DNA of 64,000 nucleotides from Heteronotia binoei (lineage: Eukaryota), in the NCBI RefSeq assembly GCF_032191835.1, contig NC_083227.1, positions 108,624,001 to 108,688,000 of the forward strand. Reading direction: 5' to 3'. The notes below the pieces were generated by a model. It did not search any database. It was not told the DNA's origin and worked only from the letters and a program-made list of their open reading frames with translations. Positions within the stretch are counted from its first letter, which is position 1. Each line of letters starts with the position of its first letter. Below are positions 37,066-49,600 of this stretch, in pieces. Made by a program: the position numbers and the translations under genes.

Positions 37066-38599
37066 GTAAGTTGTGAATAGGTGGCTGATAAAGTTTGGGG
37101 AACTGGGACTGTTGGCAGTGGATGTCTGGGTCACTCCTGGTACACTGTCATCACTTGATGACTGTGGCAAGTAGTGGTTTGGATATATAAATGTGCTGTC
37201 ACTGATGAAAACAGATAGGACTTTCTTAGTTCATCAAATAATTATTTTTCTATGGAATTGGATCACATGTTCTCCTGAAGGAAAGGTAGCTGATCTTTGT
37301 AGTTTGTCTCCCTATAAATTCAGCACCTTTATTAATAAAGCGTTTAAATTAGCAAAACTGAGGGTATCTAACTCCATACACATGTTCGGTGGAAGTGTCA
37401 CTATCCTCCATTTAAACCAGGAAAAAAGCCCAGTTTGAAAAGCAGCACATCTTAGTAGTGTGTCCAGTGATGTTTTAACATTTAGTGTTAGTGCCTAGTT
37501 TTAGAAGACAAATCAAAAACCATTGAATATATACAACCAACCTCTAATTTTTAATAAAGAACTAAGCTCCCATTTGCAGGGAATTATTTTTTAAAACCTA
37601 GAAAGTAAGGATAAATACATGATCTCACTGTTTTCGTTGGCCTTCATCAAAAGTGGCTCTCTTAGTTACCAAAAGTTCCAGATTTTAGGCCATAAAGTAA
37701 CAGCAGTGTGAGCCAAATTCTACATCTTGAAGCAAAGAGCCTTTATTTTCTGTAGAGACAGCCTAAATGATAGTTCCTAGAACAAGCACCAACCTTCTAT
37801 TCCTATTCTAATACTGTTGGCATTATAGCATTGCATCTGCCAGCAGGGTGACATGGAAGCGCTGGATATTCAGGCATTTGTACATCTTACTGTAACTTTT
37901 CATGCATCCAGCCATTTATATGTGGCAGAGTAAATATGAGGAAAGAGAACAATGAAGGTGCTTTCAGGAGCCTGTTAGTGGCACTCAAAGCCTTATATAA
38001 GCCTGCTATGTTCTAGTTGGAGTGGCAACCAAACTGGGACCATGGAGGTTTCACTGCAAGCCTAACCCCCTAAAAAACCTCTCTGTGCAACAAAAATAAA
38101 TTATGCAACTTACTCAGCTTATCCAGTGTTTACCAATAATAATCATAGTGAGTTCAGTGATAAACAAACACTATTATACAACACAAAATCCCTCCGAAAC
38201 CAATAGCACATGCCACTCCTACTGTACTGCGGAACAATGTCCTGGAGAATGAAAATGAGCTGTGATACAAGTCCGACAATATGCGCAACCAGTCCAATAT
38301 TGTTTCGAGTCCAAAGGCACTTCCTCCTGGGATTGTCTTCTTCGTTGTTAATTCAGTAGGTAAGTGGTGCCTTTTTGTAAAGGTCACATTGTATAGTTGA
38401 ACAAATCATTTATCTGTAAAATTATAACAAACATTTGTAATGGTCTCATTGTTTTGCTAAACAAAACATTTCTCTGCAAAATTATAACAAGAATATTATT
38501 TCTCCTGGACAACCAATAGGTTTTATGAATAAAATGTACCAAACTGTCTACTCACTCTCGTTTTCATGGCTCTATTTCTATCAGTCCATTGCACGCCTC

Positions 38600-38900
38600 T
38601 CCCTTGTGATTCCAATCACACAGGAGGGGTAGCAGGAACAGCCTTCAGCCTCCTGTGTGATTTAAAGCCCCCCCCCCCTCCAATCAGCTGCTTGGTAGGC
38701 CCATGCGGGAGGGGTGGCTGCTGCTTCAGCACACCCCTTCCATGAGATTTGAATCATGGGGGAGAGGGAGGCCGGGGGTGGCCCTCAGGTGGTGGGGGAT
38801 GGCTGCAGGGGAAGAAGGCCACGGGTTGGGGCTCCTGAATGGGGGGCCCCCACAGAAATCAGGGGGCCACACACACACACACCCCTTGGCTACAGGCCTG
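38600..38900. mobile_element. Partial hAT-type MITE (same family as 53268-53533)
   Basis: Shares tcacacaggagg...ctcctgtgtgatttaaa and ends in ggctacaggcctg; left TIR not found. Confidence 0.5.
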
Positions 38901-40363
38901 CTCAAGAGATAAAACTCAGTGTGTTGTTGTCAGGGCCAACTCAAAATATATGGTCAGTGTTTACTGCAGTAAATTCATTTATACTGTACAGATAGCTGTC
39001 AGAATCCTCAAACAATTGATATCCCCAAGGGATTAAACTAATAAAATAGTAGGTGTGAGGGGTTTTTTTACTGCAAAACAAAAACAGAAGGGGTGTGTTG
39101 CTTAAATTTTGTTGTAGCAGTAGAGCTAGGAGTGTTTAGCCTTTTTCTGCTGTTCTTCCCTTGATATAAACAGCTTCCCCCAAAACATGTTGAATATAGA
39201 TGGTATACTTGCATCACTTACTAGTTTTTAGGGGGGAATAATGGCAGCTTGTGGGGAGGGTGGTTTAGATCCTGGAGCCAGAGGGGAAAAGAAACACCTA
39301 TTCTTACTCTGTGCCACTGCTCTAATTAAATTTACAGCACTCTATGCTTGTTTAAAAAAAGAGAAAACTGTACAGACTTCCATTCATAGATTTCAAGTGT
39401 CATTATTGATTTGGCCTCAGTCAAAAGGAAGGTTAGTAATGAATTTGAATACATGTTCCCTAGGGCCTATCACTGTACAAAGCAAGGTTGCACAAAATGG
39501 CAGACAATTTGCTCAAAGCAAACAAGATAAATCTTCATTTCTACAATTATACTTTACTGTATTTAGGTAGTAGATCAATAACAGTAATATGATATGATTA
39601 CAGCCTTCAACAGGCTAAACTGTGGCCGCAGCCATCACACAGAAAAGAGGACTTGTAGAGCTTTAAAAAGTGCTGCTGTCTGCAAGGCTCTTGCAGCTGA
39701 TCTGCTATACTCCTGCTTTCTTGGGATGCAGTAGCCATTTAATTACACCAGCCTAGAATTATATTCATTTTCTCCATGGTCTTTTGGCAGGGTCTGAGTT
39801 CCATTGGGAGAAGTTAGCTATGCACAGAATTGTTGATCACGTTGACAAAGGAGGTTCCGTTTGTGCTAACAGATGTTTTCTTGTTTGGCTGCAAGCCGAG
39901 ATTTTAGCTGTTTGCCAGGAAGGGTGTCGAGGGAATGACACTACATAAGGCCTCAATACGTAAATGTTTAGAATTGTGTGAAATTTTAAAATGCTGATGA
40001 ATGTGCCTTATGGGAATGGTTTGAAAGTGTATGGGCCTGTTTTTGTTTCACTATGTCTTTAATTTTTTTCTTTTCCAAAATGAATGTGGTCTATAAAAAT
40101 GAGGCCACCAAGTAACATTTGAAAACTTAAACAAAATCCAGCATTAGATTCTGGAAAACAACAAATGCTAGAATAAAATTGTAGAACAGCACATTTAGAC
40201 ACATTCTTAGGTGCAGTTATGCCATGTCATCTTCAGCCTCCTTGCTGGTTATAATATCCTACTGTTAGAATGGTTCTGTTTAGCAATCAGAATGAATCCC
40301 AGTAGGAGCTGAAATGCTGTTTCTGCTATTATGAACTAACAGTTCTTTTGCTTTCTCTTGCAG

Positions 40364-40457
40364 TATTCAAATGTGTATTGTACTACTCCCAGAGTTCAGG
40401 ATCTGGTAGATGATAAATCTCTCCAAGAAGAATGCCTCTCATACATCACAAAGCCAG
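40364..40457 (+). CDS. NPRL2: NPRL2 coding exon 8
   Basis: ttgcag|[32 protein letters not shown]|gtattg, 94 nt. Confidence 0.96.
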
Positions 40458-41289
40458 GTATTGGGGGATAAGTGATTAATCTGATAATAAGGCCATTATA
40501 ATAAAATAATGAACATGTATATATTATACCCCATATGAAGTAACAACATTAGCAACTGGCTGACATCCAGAAACAAAGCAAGGACATTAAATAGATCAAT
40601 TTCTTTCCCTTTGCCTGTATATTTTTCAGCACCAGATAAAAACTTCCGTTTTACACAGTTTTTAATTGTTGCCCTGTTTGGTTGTCGTTTGTTCACTACT
40701 TGTGCACTAATTTGGTTTAATTTACTGTTCTATTGTTTTATTGATGCTGGTTAATGGTTAACTTGATTCTTGTTTTCTGTTTTGTTTTACTGGTAGTCAT
40801 TCACTTATTTTTTTTTAAAAAAAACATTTCAATAAATGTACACTACCTCAGGCATGATTAATGGACAGGCAATCTGTAACTGCTTTTAATAATAATAAAA
40901 TTTACTGCCATTTCTACCAGTAGTAGTTTTATGGATTGTATTTTCCTGCCCTCATGGAATCATGTATATTTTTATGAACTACTGTATAGTTTGTATTCAT
41001 GTTACTGTATGTAATTCCTATTGTTATGCAGTTGGTTTTTGGTATTTTTGGTTTGTAGTTGGAATTTCGTAATGTAATTGGTACTTTTGATACTCTGTAG
41101 GATATTTTACTTAGGTAAGACATTAATTGGCTGTTTTACATATTTGATCATCTTGACTATTGGCCAGTTGCAAATGTTGTTTTGCCTGTGATAAATACTG
41201 TATATTACATATTTATTATTATTACAAATTGATATTTTAGTAGTTGCAGTTTCTTGATTATAAAGTTTCCATTTTTCTTTCTTGTCCAG

Positions 41290-41407
41290 GTCATAAACGA
41301 GCAAGTCTGAGAGATGTTTTTCAGCTGTACTGTGGACTGACCCCTGGCACAACTGTTAGAGACCTCATTTGTCGCTATGCAGTCCAACTCCAGAGAGTAG
41401 ATGAAAG
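41290..41407 (+). CDS. NPRL2: NPRL2 coding exon 9
   Basis: gtccag|[42 protein letters not shown]|gttaga, 118 nt. Confidence 0.96.
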
Positions 41408-41770
41408 GTTAGAAGCCTGGGGTGGGGATTGTTGTTGTTTGATTTTTTTAAAGGAATTAGTACTTGTAAATAAAATTCTTCTGCTACAAGAGGTCAGACA
41501 TTGTTATTTCAGTTTTATATATGGGTAATCAGTTAGCCAAGAACTCACAGAAAACAGGGCAGTCGGGAACAAAAAAAATGATGAGCTAATGCTTAATTGG
41601 TGGCCCCTCTTACAAAGATTGCAAAGCAAATTATCTAATGTTCAGTGGCTCCACCAAATTTGTAATTACGTAGCAATAAAAACATAATCAGCTTCACTGG
41701 TAAGGAAAGTTTTGGGAGGCAGAATGGTTTCATACTTCACATGTACTGATTTTGGAATTGTACCCCAGCT

Positions 41771-41910
41771 GATACTCTGAGAAGCAATGAGAGACTGTGT
41801 CTTTTGTCCTTGTGTGATGGGCATTCTGGAAGATACTCTGAGAAGCTATGAGACACTGCATCTGTCTGCTGTGTCTTTTGTCCTTGTGTGATAGGCATTT
41901 TGGAAAGATA
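41771..41910 (+). repeat. Two-copy ~61-bp tandem duplication
   Basis: gatactctgagaagc(a/t)atgaga...tgtgtcttttgtccttgtgtgat.ggcatt.tggaa starts at 41771 and 41832. Confidence 0.8.
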
Positions 41911-43291
41911 AAGGACCATTTCCAATTCAAAGGGACTTTTTTAGCATTTATTTAAGGTTTTTTTTCTATTATGCCCTTCATCCAAGTAACTCAAGGTTAT
42001 ACATAGAATTCTCCTATGCTGCATTTTGTCCTTGGACTAAACCCCTGGTAAGTTGGGCTGAAAGACAGATTGACCCAAGATCCACCCCCAGTAAGATGGA
42101 AACACTTGGAAATGGAATTCTGGATCCTGTACACCTTAACTGTATTCTTTGTCTATTATCCAGACAGGTTTTTAAATCACAAATATCTGTATTTCTCATC
42201 GTGCTGCTTACATTTCCCCTTCTAATGTTTCCAGTCCAGATTCAGTCAGTGCTGTTCTGTTCATATTTATGGATATGTAAGTTCCTATAAGTTCTGGATA
42301 TACTCCCATGTAAGTGTGTGTGAGCTTGCAGGTGAAAATACTTCAGTCAGTTAGTGGTTACATCCTGTTTGGGAAGGGGGCAGGACATGACAAGTCCTGA
42401 GGCTAAAATTGCCTCCCTGTACTGTTGCAAAGCACATGTGCTGCACAGTGGTGGCATCTTGTGTAGTGCAAGTGATACAACACCTGGCACTTCACAGGAA
42501 GGTTAGGTTGTGCACCAAAATATGTTTCCAGACCCTAAACCACTCTGAGAACAGACTGGATCTCAGAATACTGCTGAGCCATCCATGTTCTAGTGAATAA
42601 CTCTAGCCTTCTTGCATTGTTTCCATCACACTACAAAGGTTTGACAAAAAGAGTCCTAACCTGAGTTATTTGCCTCTCTCACAGATCTCTCTCAGGTAGG
42701 GGGAATGATAAAAGATCCTTCTAAGCATCTTAATTAAAAATACAGTGTGCCTGAAGGAAACCATGCCAGTTAACCTGCTATAAGTTTGTTATGTAGACAG
42801 GCTCATATTCTGTACTGCTATCATTTGGTTATGGAAGAATATATTAACCATTGAAGGAATGCTTCCAGCACTCTTGCCTGATTTTGACCATAGCCATCTA
42901 ACATTTCTAGACAGAATAAGTTGAAGAGGATGCTGGGCTGTGTATGATTAGGATATAGTCTGCATTAAATAGCCGCTGCACCTCCATTGCCATTTCACAC
43001 AGAAGTGCAGGATCACACCTTCCAAAGGCAAGTGTCTACCAGCTATGCACAGTGTACACCCCATGTTCTTTTCACAGTTATCTCTATCAGCCCTCTGGCT
43101 GGGACTGGAAGAATCAGACCTGCTGTATGCTTGCATCCAGTTTCCAGAAAAAGTACCATATCTGAATGCTCTGAAAACATCGTTATCACTGGTTTAAACT
43201 GCTATGGAAAATCTTGTTTTGTTTCAAAAAAGGTCTTAATTATTTTTGTTGCCCAGCTTTTCCATAAATTCTTTATCTTTCTCTGGTTCAG

Positions 43292-43434
43292 GAAGCTCAT
43301 TCAGTTTGGTTTGATGAAAGGTCTTATTCGGCGGCTTCAGAAGTATCCTGTGAAAGTTGTGCAGGATGAAAGAAGCCACCCAGCACGGCTCTACACAGGC
43401 TGTCACAGCTATGATGAAATCTGCTGTAAAACAG
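43292..43434 (+). CDS. NPRL2: NPRL2 coding exon 10
   Basis: ttcag|[49 protein letters not shown]|gtatac, 143 nt. Confidence 0.97.
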
Positions 43435-43834
43435 GTATACGGTTAGGTATGGATCCAGCTGTTGAAGTGCACAAATTGGTATATAATCAAGAGAGCAGCA
43501 AACAACAGTTGAAAACAATCATCCTAACATTAAACAGCAATAAAACAGTAAAAACAATATCCACCAGGAACTTCCTAGCACCCATACATAAAACAGCATA
43601 TAAACCTGCAGGATTAAACTTGTATTCCAAACTCCTGTTAAAGCAGTAGTGCTTTACAGAATAATTGTTGCTTATTTTACTCTGGAGGTAACAGGTCCTT
43701 GCCTTCAGGGGCTTACAAATCTACATTTTAAGAAGGGGCACCAGGGACAATAAAGGCAATGGTGAGAGAACCATGACCAAATGTAGGTGTCTGTACTTGG
43801 GCTTCCTTAGGGATAAGAACAGTAGAGGTGCTAT

Positions 43835-43925
43835 AAAGGTAAAGGTAGTCCCCTGTGCAAACATCAGTCGTTTCTGACTCTGGGGTGATGTCGCATCACG
43901 ACGTTTTCACGGCAGACTTTTTATT
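43835..43925 (-). mobile_element. Sauria SINE 3' fragment
   Basis: aaaggtaaaggtagtcccctgtgcaaacatcagtcgtttctgactctggggtgatgtcg matches 1790-1870. Confidence 0.75.
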
Positions 43926-44181
43926 GAGTGAAATATAATATACAGAAAAATATTCTTTAACAGGAGCTTGGGAGGGAAATGGTGGCAATCTCTGGAAGAA
44001 GAGAGGAACAAAGAACTGTGAGGATAAGTGGCTGTCCTTGATTAAGTAAAATTAGTGTCCAGCTAAACTACACTAGATCTTAACCAAAAGGCCGAGAAGT
44101 GATAGTGTCCAACTACAGTGGAGGGCAAAATTGTTATTTCTTTAAGCTGACAGCTTCAGTTGTTTCATTCCCCTCCTTTGA

Positions 44182-44352
<171 letters not shown>

Positions 44353-45445
44353 ATCAGTCCAAGAAAGCAGATGCTTCTTCATCATGCCCTGTAAACAATT
44401 GCTTGAACTACCTGGGACTCTGAGGTGGCACCAGGATCTTTTGGAGAGCAGCACTGCTTTTGTTGCATGAGATTGTGCATCTTTTCAGGCCGATGTTGCT
44501 TGGAAAGAATGAGTGAGGTGGACTTGTGTTGCTAACTGAAGACAAAGTATGCATCTCATTTCTCTGAGAGGAAAACTACATGTTATACTTAATTGCATGT
44601 AATGATGTCCCAATAGCTGTTATAAAAACAAACAACAGGAGGCCTGATGTTAAGCAAACCAATTGTGGAATGGATGGGTGCTTAATTTACATTTTTTTTT
44701 CTTTTTTTTGAAATAAACAATTTTTATTAGTAACATATGGTAGCAATTAATTTACATTTCTTGTTTCCAACTTTTCCTACCCTAATACATTCCCTATGGG
44801 TTAGACATGTATGTGGAACCCCATGCTAGGAAAAGCAGGTTGGGGAAATGGGAACATTGGGACCAGAAGAATGGCTGATGTAGAAGAGGTTAGGCATTCG
44901 TCCACACAGCCAGCCTTCCAATTGTGCCTTCCCAATGCTGCTTTTCAGTTAAAAAAATCTAGGGGGTGGCTTCATTTCACACATTTGTAGATTGTTCTTA
45001 AAAGTTTGAAAATACTAATCTGTTGCTGCCTCTACCCTCTATGCCTTTAGGTGCATGTTCATTTGCTATCTATGGAAGTGACTTCTGGAAACTGTTCCAT
45101 TTAATGTGAAAGATCAAGATGGCTCAGCTTCTTTGAAACTTTTTACAGTGTTCACTGTCCATTCTTGCCCTTTTTACAATCAAAAGGACGCAGTTCAAAT
45201 ATCTGTTGTTATGAGTCTTGCAGTAATACTATGTTCATGCCTGCAGCAAAGCACCAAATGGAAGATTTATTGTAATAAAATTACACAAATGAAGCAGAAA
45301 ATGTAATGATACTGATTATTCTATTCATTTGTTTTGAGTGCACCCTATGAATTATAATTGAGGAAGAGAAATGACAATATTTTTATTAGGGTTTGTAGAA
45401 TCTTTCGGGATCAAGTGCCGTGTTCTACGGGAGAAAGTTTTCCTT

Positions 45446-45486
45446 CCAGACGTTTCGTTCTCAGCGGCGGAGAACATCCTCAGTGG
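45446..45486 (-). ncRNA. Minimal hammerhead ribozyme motif (minus-strand identical copy)
   Basis: Exact reverse complement of 45531-45571. Confidence 0.68.
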
Positions 45487-45530
45487 CGTTGCAGCCAGAG
45501 CAGGCGCTCAGACCTTCTCCGGCTGCAACG

Positions 45531-45571
45531 CCACTGAGGATGTTCTCCGCCGCTGAGAACGAAACGTCTGG
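45531..45571 (+). ncRNA. Minimal type I-like hammerhead ribozyme motif (plus-strand copy)
   Basis: CCA CUGAGGA U GUUCUC-(7 nt)-GAGAAC GAAAC GUC UGG: conserved core, 6-bp stem II, palindromic ACGU stem III, predicted cleavage after C45568. Confidence 0.72.
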
Positions 45572-46663
45572 AAGGAAAACTTTCCCCAGTAGAACACGGC
45601 ACTTGATCCCGAAAGATTCTACAAACCCTAATGATGCTACCAGCCGTGAAAACCTGAAATCTTTGATAATATTTTTATTTATGAATAAAAAATACTATCC
45701 TGCACAATTCAAATCGAAATACAACAGGACTGGGCAGAGTAACCAAACATTAAGGGTGGTACTGAAATTCAGTACGGTGTCAGTGCAACCATGTGGATTC
45801 TCTACTTTTAGAGATGTTATGTCCTTTATAAATTAGAACCTCAGAATTTACTGGGTGAAATATAGGAGAGATCAGATTGTTGTACTCATTATCCTTTTAC
45901 ATAATCTTTTTTTACCAGCTAGTGTCTGCTATTGTATCTGAGCTGGTTGTAAAACAAAAGGACACAATAGCATTTATTAAGACCACCCAGTATAGCACAA
46001 ATCTGTGCAAGCTTTCAAGTTCTCCAGAACTCTTCATCAGTCCAAAAAGATTCTGGACAACTCAAAAACTTGCACACATTTTAACTATTTTGTCTTAATA
46101 AAAGGTATTACCTGCTTTTGAGTTTGAGTTTTGGTTTGGACCTACAATTTCTGAAGTACTTGTAGTTATTAAAGTAGTAGTCTGCATATGCTCAGAAACA
46201 TTTAATTCTGCTACTTTACAAAACTACACATTGACATTTAAGGGGTTAGTAGTCTTGGACCTAAGCAGTATCTTATCCAGAACCTTACTTGGGGCTTCAA
46301 AGATGCTATATACAGCTGTAATCTAGAAAGGGTGTTGCAGTTTGGATTTTCTGTACTGTCTTGTAGGAAACTGTTTTTTAAACTCAGATTACAAACTCAG
46401 ACAGATGTTTGGGAGTAAGTAGTAGAGGTAATGATTCTGGTAGATTAGCAGGGCAATCATAAGTAGAATTAACACATCCTTTGAAATTCATTGACATGGG
46501 TTTGGGGGACTGTAACCAACCCGGGTAGGGTTGCCAACCTCTAGGTTGCTGTGAAGATCCAAAGCTGCACTTCGGTGCATTCAAAGATCTAGAGCATACT
46601 TAAAACTATAGACATTGACAACCACTAGTCAATGTCTATAGCTTTAAGAAGTATGCTCTAGAC

Positions 46664-46740
46664 CAGAGGTTCCCAAACTTATTTGTCCTAATGCCCCCTT
46701 TTCAGAAAAAAAATTACTCGACGCCCCCCTGGAAATCTAC
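46664..46740 (+). mobile_element. Left end of a hAT-type non-autonomous element
   Basis: cagaggttcccaaacttatttgtcctaatgccccc... preceded by ctctagac; a matching right end lies at 48895-49010. Confidence 0.6.
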
Positions 46741-47261
46741 CTTCAAGAAGTGGACTAAAAGATGCAGTGACATATTTGCACACAGGGTAAACAAAGATGT
46801 TGTAAAGAAGACACTTTGAAACTTGAAATTCTAAAATAGTTTTATAAAATCAACCATAGTAACATTCGCATCCACAGAGAATTTTTGAAATTTCTTTATT
46901 ATCCCACCCTCCCTGCAAGTGGGCTCAGGGCAGGTAACAGCAATTGAAATATAGTATACAATGCATCACTTCCATCTTTCAGAACAATGCAACAAAACCA
47001 ATTAAGATAAAGTATGCATGTAGCAGTAAACAAGAAAAGCAACAGGCAGTCTGAGTTCAGTTCACCAATAAGTTCTGGCTTGCAAAACGTGGTCAGTTAA
47101 GTCCTACTTCTCAGTCTTGCTCATCCACTTCTCTTTCAAATAAATTCAGTTCCAACAAACTGGCAGCCCTGCAGTCTCCAACGTGAAAAGATATGCACAC
47201 AGAAAATTAAGATAACAAAGGATAATATTAAAATAAAAATAGGGGATAATGGAGAATTGAT

Positions 47262-47536
47262 CTATGGGTATCTGGGGCTCTGGGAGGGCTGTTTTTTGAG
47301 GTAGATGCACCAAATGTTCAGCATAGCATCCAGTGCCACTACTCAAAACACCAAGTTTCAAAACAGTCGGACCAGGGGGTCCATTTCTATGAGACCCCAA
47401 AGAAGGAGCCCCTATCCATTGTTTCAAATGGAAGGAAGGCATTTAAACAATGTGCAGTCACTTTAAATGTGATTGCCAGAACTACCTTCAGAGTTCAATT
47501 GTGCTTGTCACAACCTTGCTCCTGGCTCCACCCCAA
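47262..47536 (+). mobile_element. Internal fragment of the TAGGGTTGCCA-type (hAT-Tip100-like) MITE family
   Basis: Aligns with 53780-54090 and 55030-55330 (ggagaattgatc...ggtatctggggctctgg...tttgaggtaga.gcaccaaat). Confidence 0.75.
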
Positions 47537-48380
47537 GGTGGAGACATCAATAGTTGGGAAAAGCCACCTTTGCACTTTCTTTAATTTTGAAATCATTACT
47601 TACTATCAGCAGTGCAGAGATTAGAGTAGTATCTGAAGCAGCAGCTGTTTATCTCTGTTTATCTCAGTCAGTTCTGTGGGAAGTAAGGTCAGAGAGTAGG
47701 AAACATGAAGTAATGGGCTCCTGGCTTCAGGCAATTCAGGAAACATTTAACTGCTTCCGGAATGACATGAAAAATAAGGAAGTTTCTTTGAAGAGGTTTT
47801 ACTACTATGGAGATAGAGAGGCTTCTTTGGTGTAATGCCAGTTGGGTATTGCTTAGTTTTTTAATGACTGTCATAGCTACAGGATTGGGTTGGGAGGGCA
47901 GACTAGTCTGTGCAGACTAGACAAGTTGCAGAAGCCTCCTGTCAAGAAATTTAGCGTTTCATCAACCATGTATGCAAGTGTTTGCATTATTACCTGGAAA
48001 ATGACAATACCCAAGTTCTAAGTGTTTGTGTGGGTTGCTATCAGCTTAAGTAGCCTAGAGACATGTTCTTAATGGTAAACACTTGTAACATAGCAAACAC
48101 CTGTGAACTGTCAATTCCAACTGACAGGAGGCCATCTAGTTTGACAGGTATTTGACAGGAGAAGATCTAGATGGGCCCAGCTAAATTGGTTGTTTTGTAC
48201 CAATGATTGGTTGCACAATTCTAGCACTTTGACAGCCAGTCAAGGATATAAGTGGATTAGTAAGATATCAAAACTCAAGAAGAGAAACAGAAGATCAGTG
48301 CTGGCACTAGGGGTTCCGCCGCCCTAGGCATGCCCTTCCCTGTGCGCTACTAAGGGGGGGGATATTCTTTGCACTCCGGT

Positions 48381-48802
48381 GATGACATCATTGCACCAGC
48401 AAGCAGGCAAGCTGAGAGCCCCGGTGGCACACACAAATGCTGCTGCACCACCACTTTTCTTCATAGGGCAAATGTCTGTGCTTGTCAGAGGCTTCAAAGG
48501 AAGCCTCTGAGGAGTGCCCCGTTTTACTGCTGGCTGCTGCTTTTGGGTTGAAAGTAGCTGGGTGGGCAGCACCTTCCCATTGCACTCATCAGCTCTGACT
48601 AGTGCAGTGGGAAGGTGCTGCCGTCCAGCCGCTTTCAACCTGGCAGGCAGTGGTAAAATGGGGCTCTCTTTGGAGACTTCCTTGGAAGCCTCCGACAAGC
48701 ACAGGCAACATTTGCCTTGCGAAGAAAAGTGGTGGCGCAGCAGCATTTGTGTGCGCCGCCAGGGCTCTTGGCTTGCCTGCTGGCTGGAGCAATGATGTCA
48801 TC
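48381..48802. repeat. Long imperfect foldback (arms ~205 bp, 14-nt loop)
   Basis: gatgacatcattgc...ttcccattgcact | catcagctctgact | agtgcagtgggaa...gcaatgatgtcatc; mirrored ORFs on opposite strands both start MQWEGAA. Confidence 0.9.
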
Positions 48803-48894
48803 GTCAGTGTGTTAATGGGAATTTTTCTCTAAATTAGAAATTCTGGATACCTCCCAGAAACATGATGCACCCTCTTCTCTTCTTTCTTTATGCT

Positions 48895-49010
48895 TCCACC
48901 GCCCCCTTATTTTTATTCACTGCCCCTCAATTGCACCCAAGGCTACTACAACCCCCCTGAATCATTCCAGCACCCCCAGGGGGCAATATCACCCACTTTG
49001 GGAAACACTG
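48895..49010 (+). mobile_element. Right end of a hAT-type non-autonomous element
   Basis: Ends ...ggggcaatatcacccactttgggaaacactg, inverted relative to the end at 46664; followed by ctagac. Confidence 0.55.
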
Positions 49011-49074
49011 CTAGACCTTTGAACACATGGAAGTGCAGCTTTGGATCTCTGCCACTCCAATGTGTTTCTCACTC

Positions 49075-49196
49075 TGGTTGCCAGATCTCCAGGTTGTGGC
49101 TGGAGATCTCATGGGATTCCCTGAACCATTCTCACCATCCTCAGTCTCTACCCAAAAACCTCCAGGTGTTTCCCAGTCTTGAACTGGCAACCCTAA
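49075..49196. mobile_element. Small MITE with GGTTGCCA/TGGCAACC termini
   Basis: tggttgccagatctccagg ... ttgaactggcaaccctaa. Confidence 0.55.
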
Positions 49197-49278
49197 ACGC
49201 ATGGCTGAAAGCGACACTGACCCTGCAAAGAACCTCTAGTGCTTCCCCCTATCTTGACTATCGACAGCCGCCTTACTT

Positions 49279-49385
49279 TTGCTCAGTTGCACAGTCGAGT
49301 CCAACTCTTTGCAGCCCCATGGACAAAGTCACGCCAGGCCCTCCTGTCTTCCGCCATCCTCCGAAGTCTGCTCAAATTTGTGTTA
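49279..49385 (-). mobile_element. BovB-like 3' tail fragment
   Basis: Reverse complement of the 22500-22605 tail (ccccatggacaaagtcacgccaggccctcctgtcttcc...ctgctcaaatt). Confidence 0.85.
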
Positions 49386-49600
49386 CAAATTCCGAAATTC
49401 CACCTTACATCCGGTATTAAAAGGGATTCGGCTTTCCAGCGAGGGAGAGTGTAGCCTTCAGTGTCGGCTTCCACCTGGCTTCTGATTGGATTAAATCTGT
49501 ACACGGTTTATTCATTTCTTCTGCATCTGTCGCCCGTCTTTCGTGCCAGGGAGGGGGCGAGGACAGTTAACTCTTCCCGGTGGGGCTGCAGTTTAGTCTT

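Larger units (their letters stand above)
45388..45667 (+). mobile_element. Penelope-like element pLTR fragment with 5' inversion (near-perfect palindrome)
   Basis: Arms 45385-45500 and 45517-45632 (116 bp, 3 mismatches), 16-nt loop; flanked by a repeated aatatttttatt (45376-45387, overlapping the left arm by 3 nt, and 45668-45679); tail gatgctaccagccgtgaaaacctgaaatctttga. Confidence 0.8.

Noticed and set aside
38154-38387. CpG-containing 77-aa ORF
   Set aside because: No recognisable motif in any frame; probably decayed transposon interior.
39791-39950. Acceptor-like site followed by ~52 open codons in NPRL2 intron 7
   Set aside because: The open frame does not match the phase-0 intron, ends in a stop and resembles nothing I recognise; could still be a conserved non-coding element.
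42987-43649. 220-aa ORF
   Set aside because: Only 43292-43434 is NPRL2 exon 10; the rest is intronic read-through with no recognisable homology.
48324-48832. Several overlapping ORFs on both strands
   Set aside because: Mirror products of the foldback.
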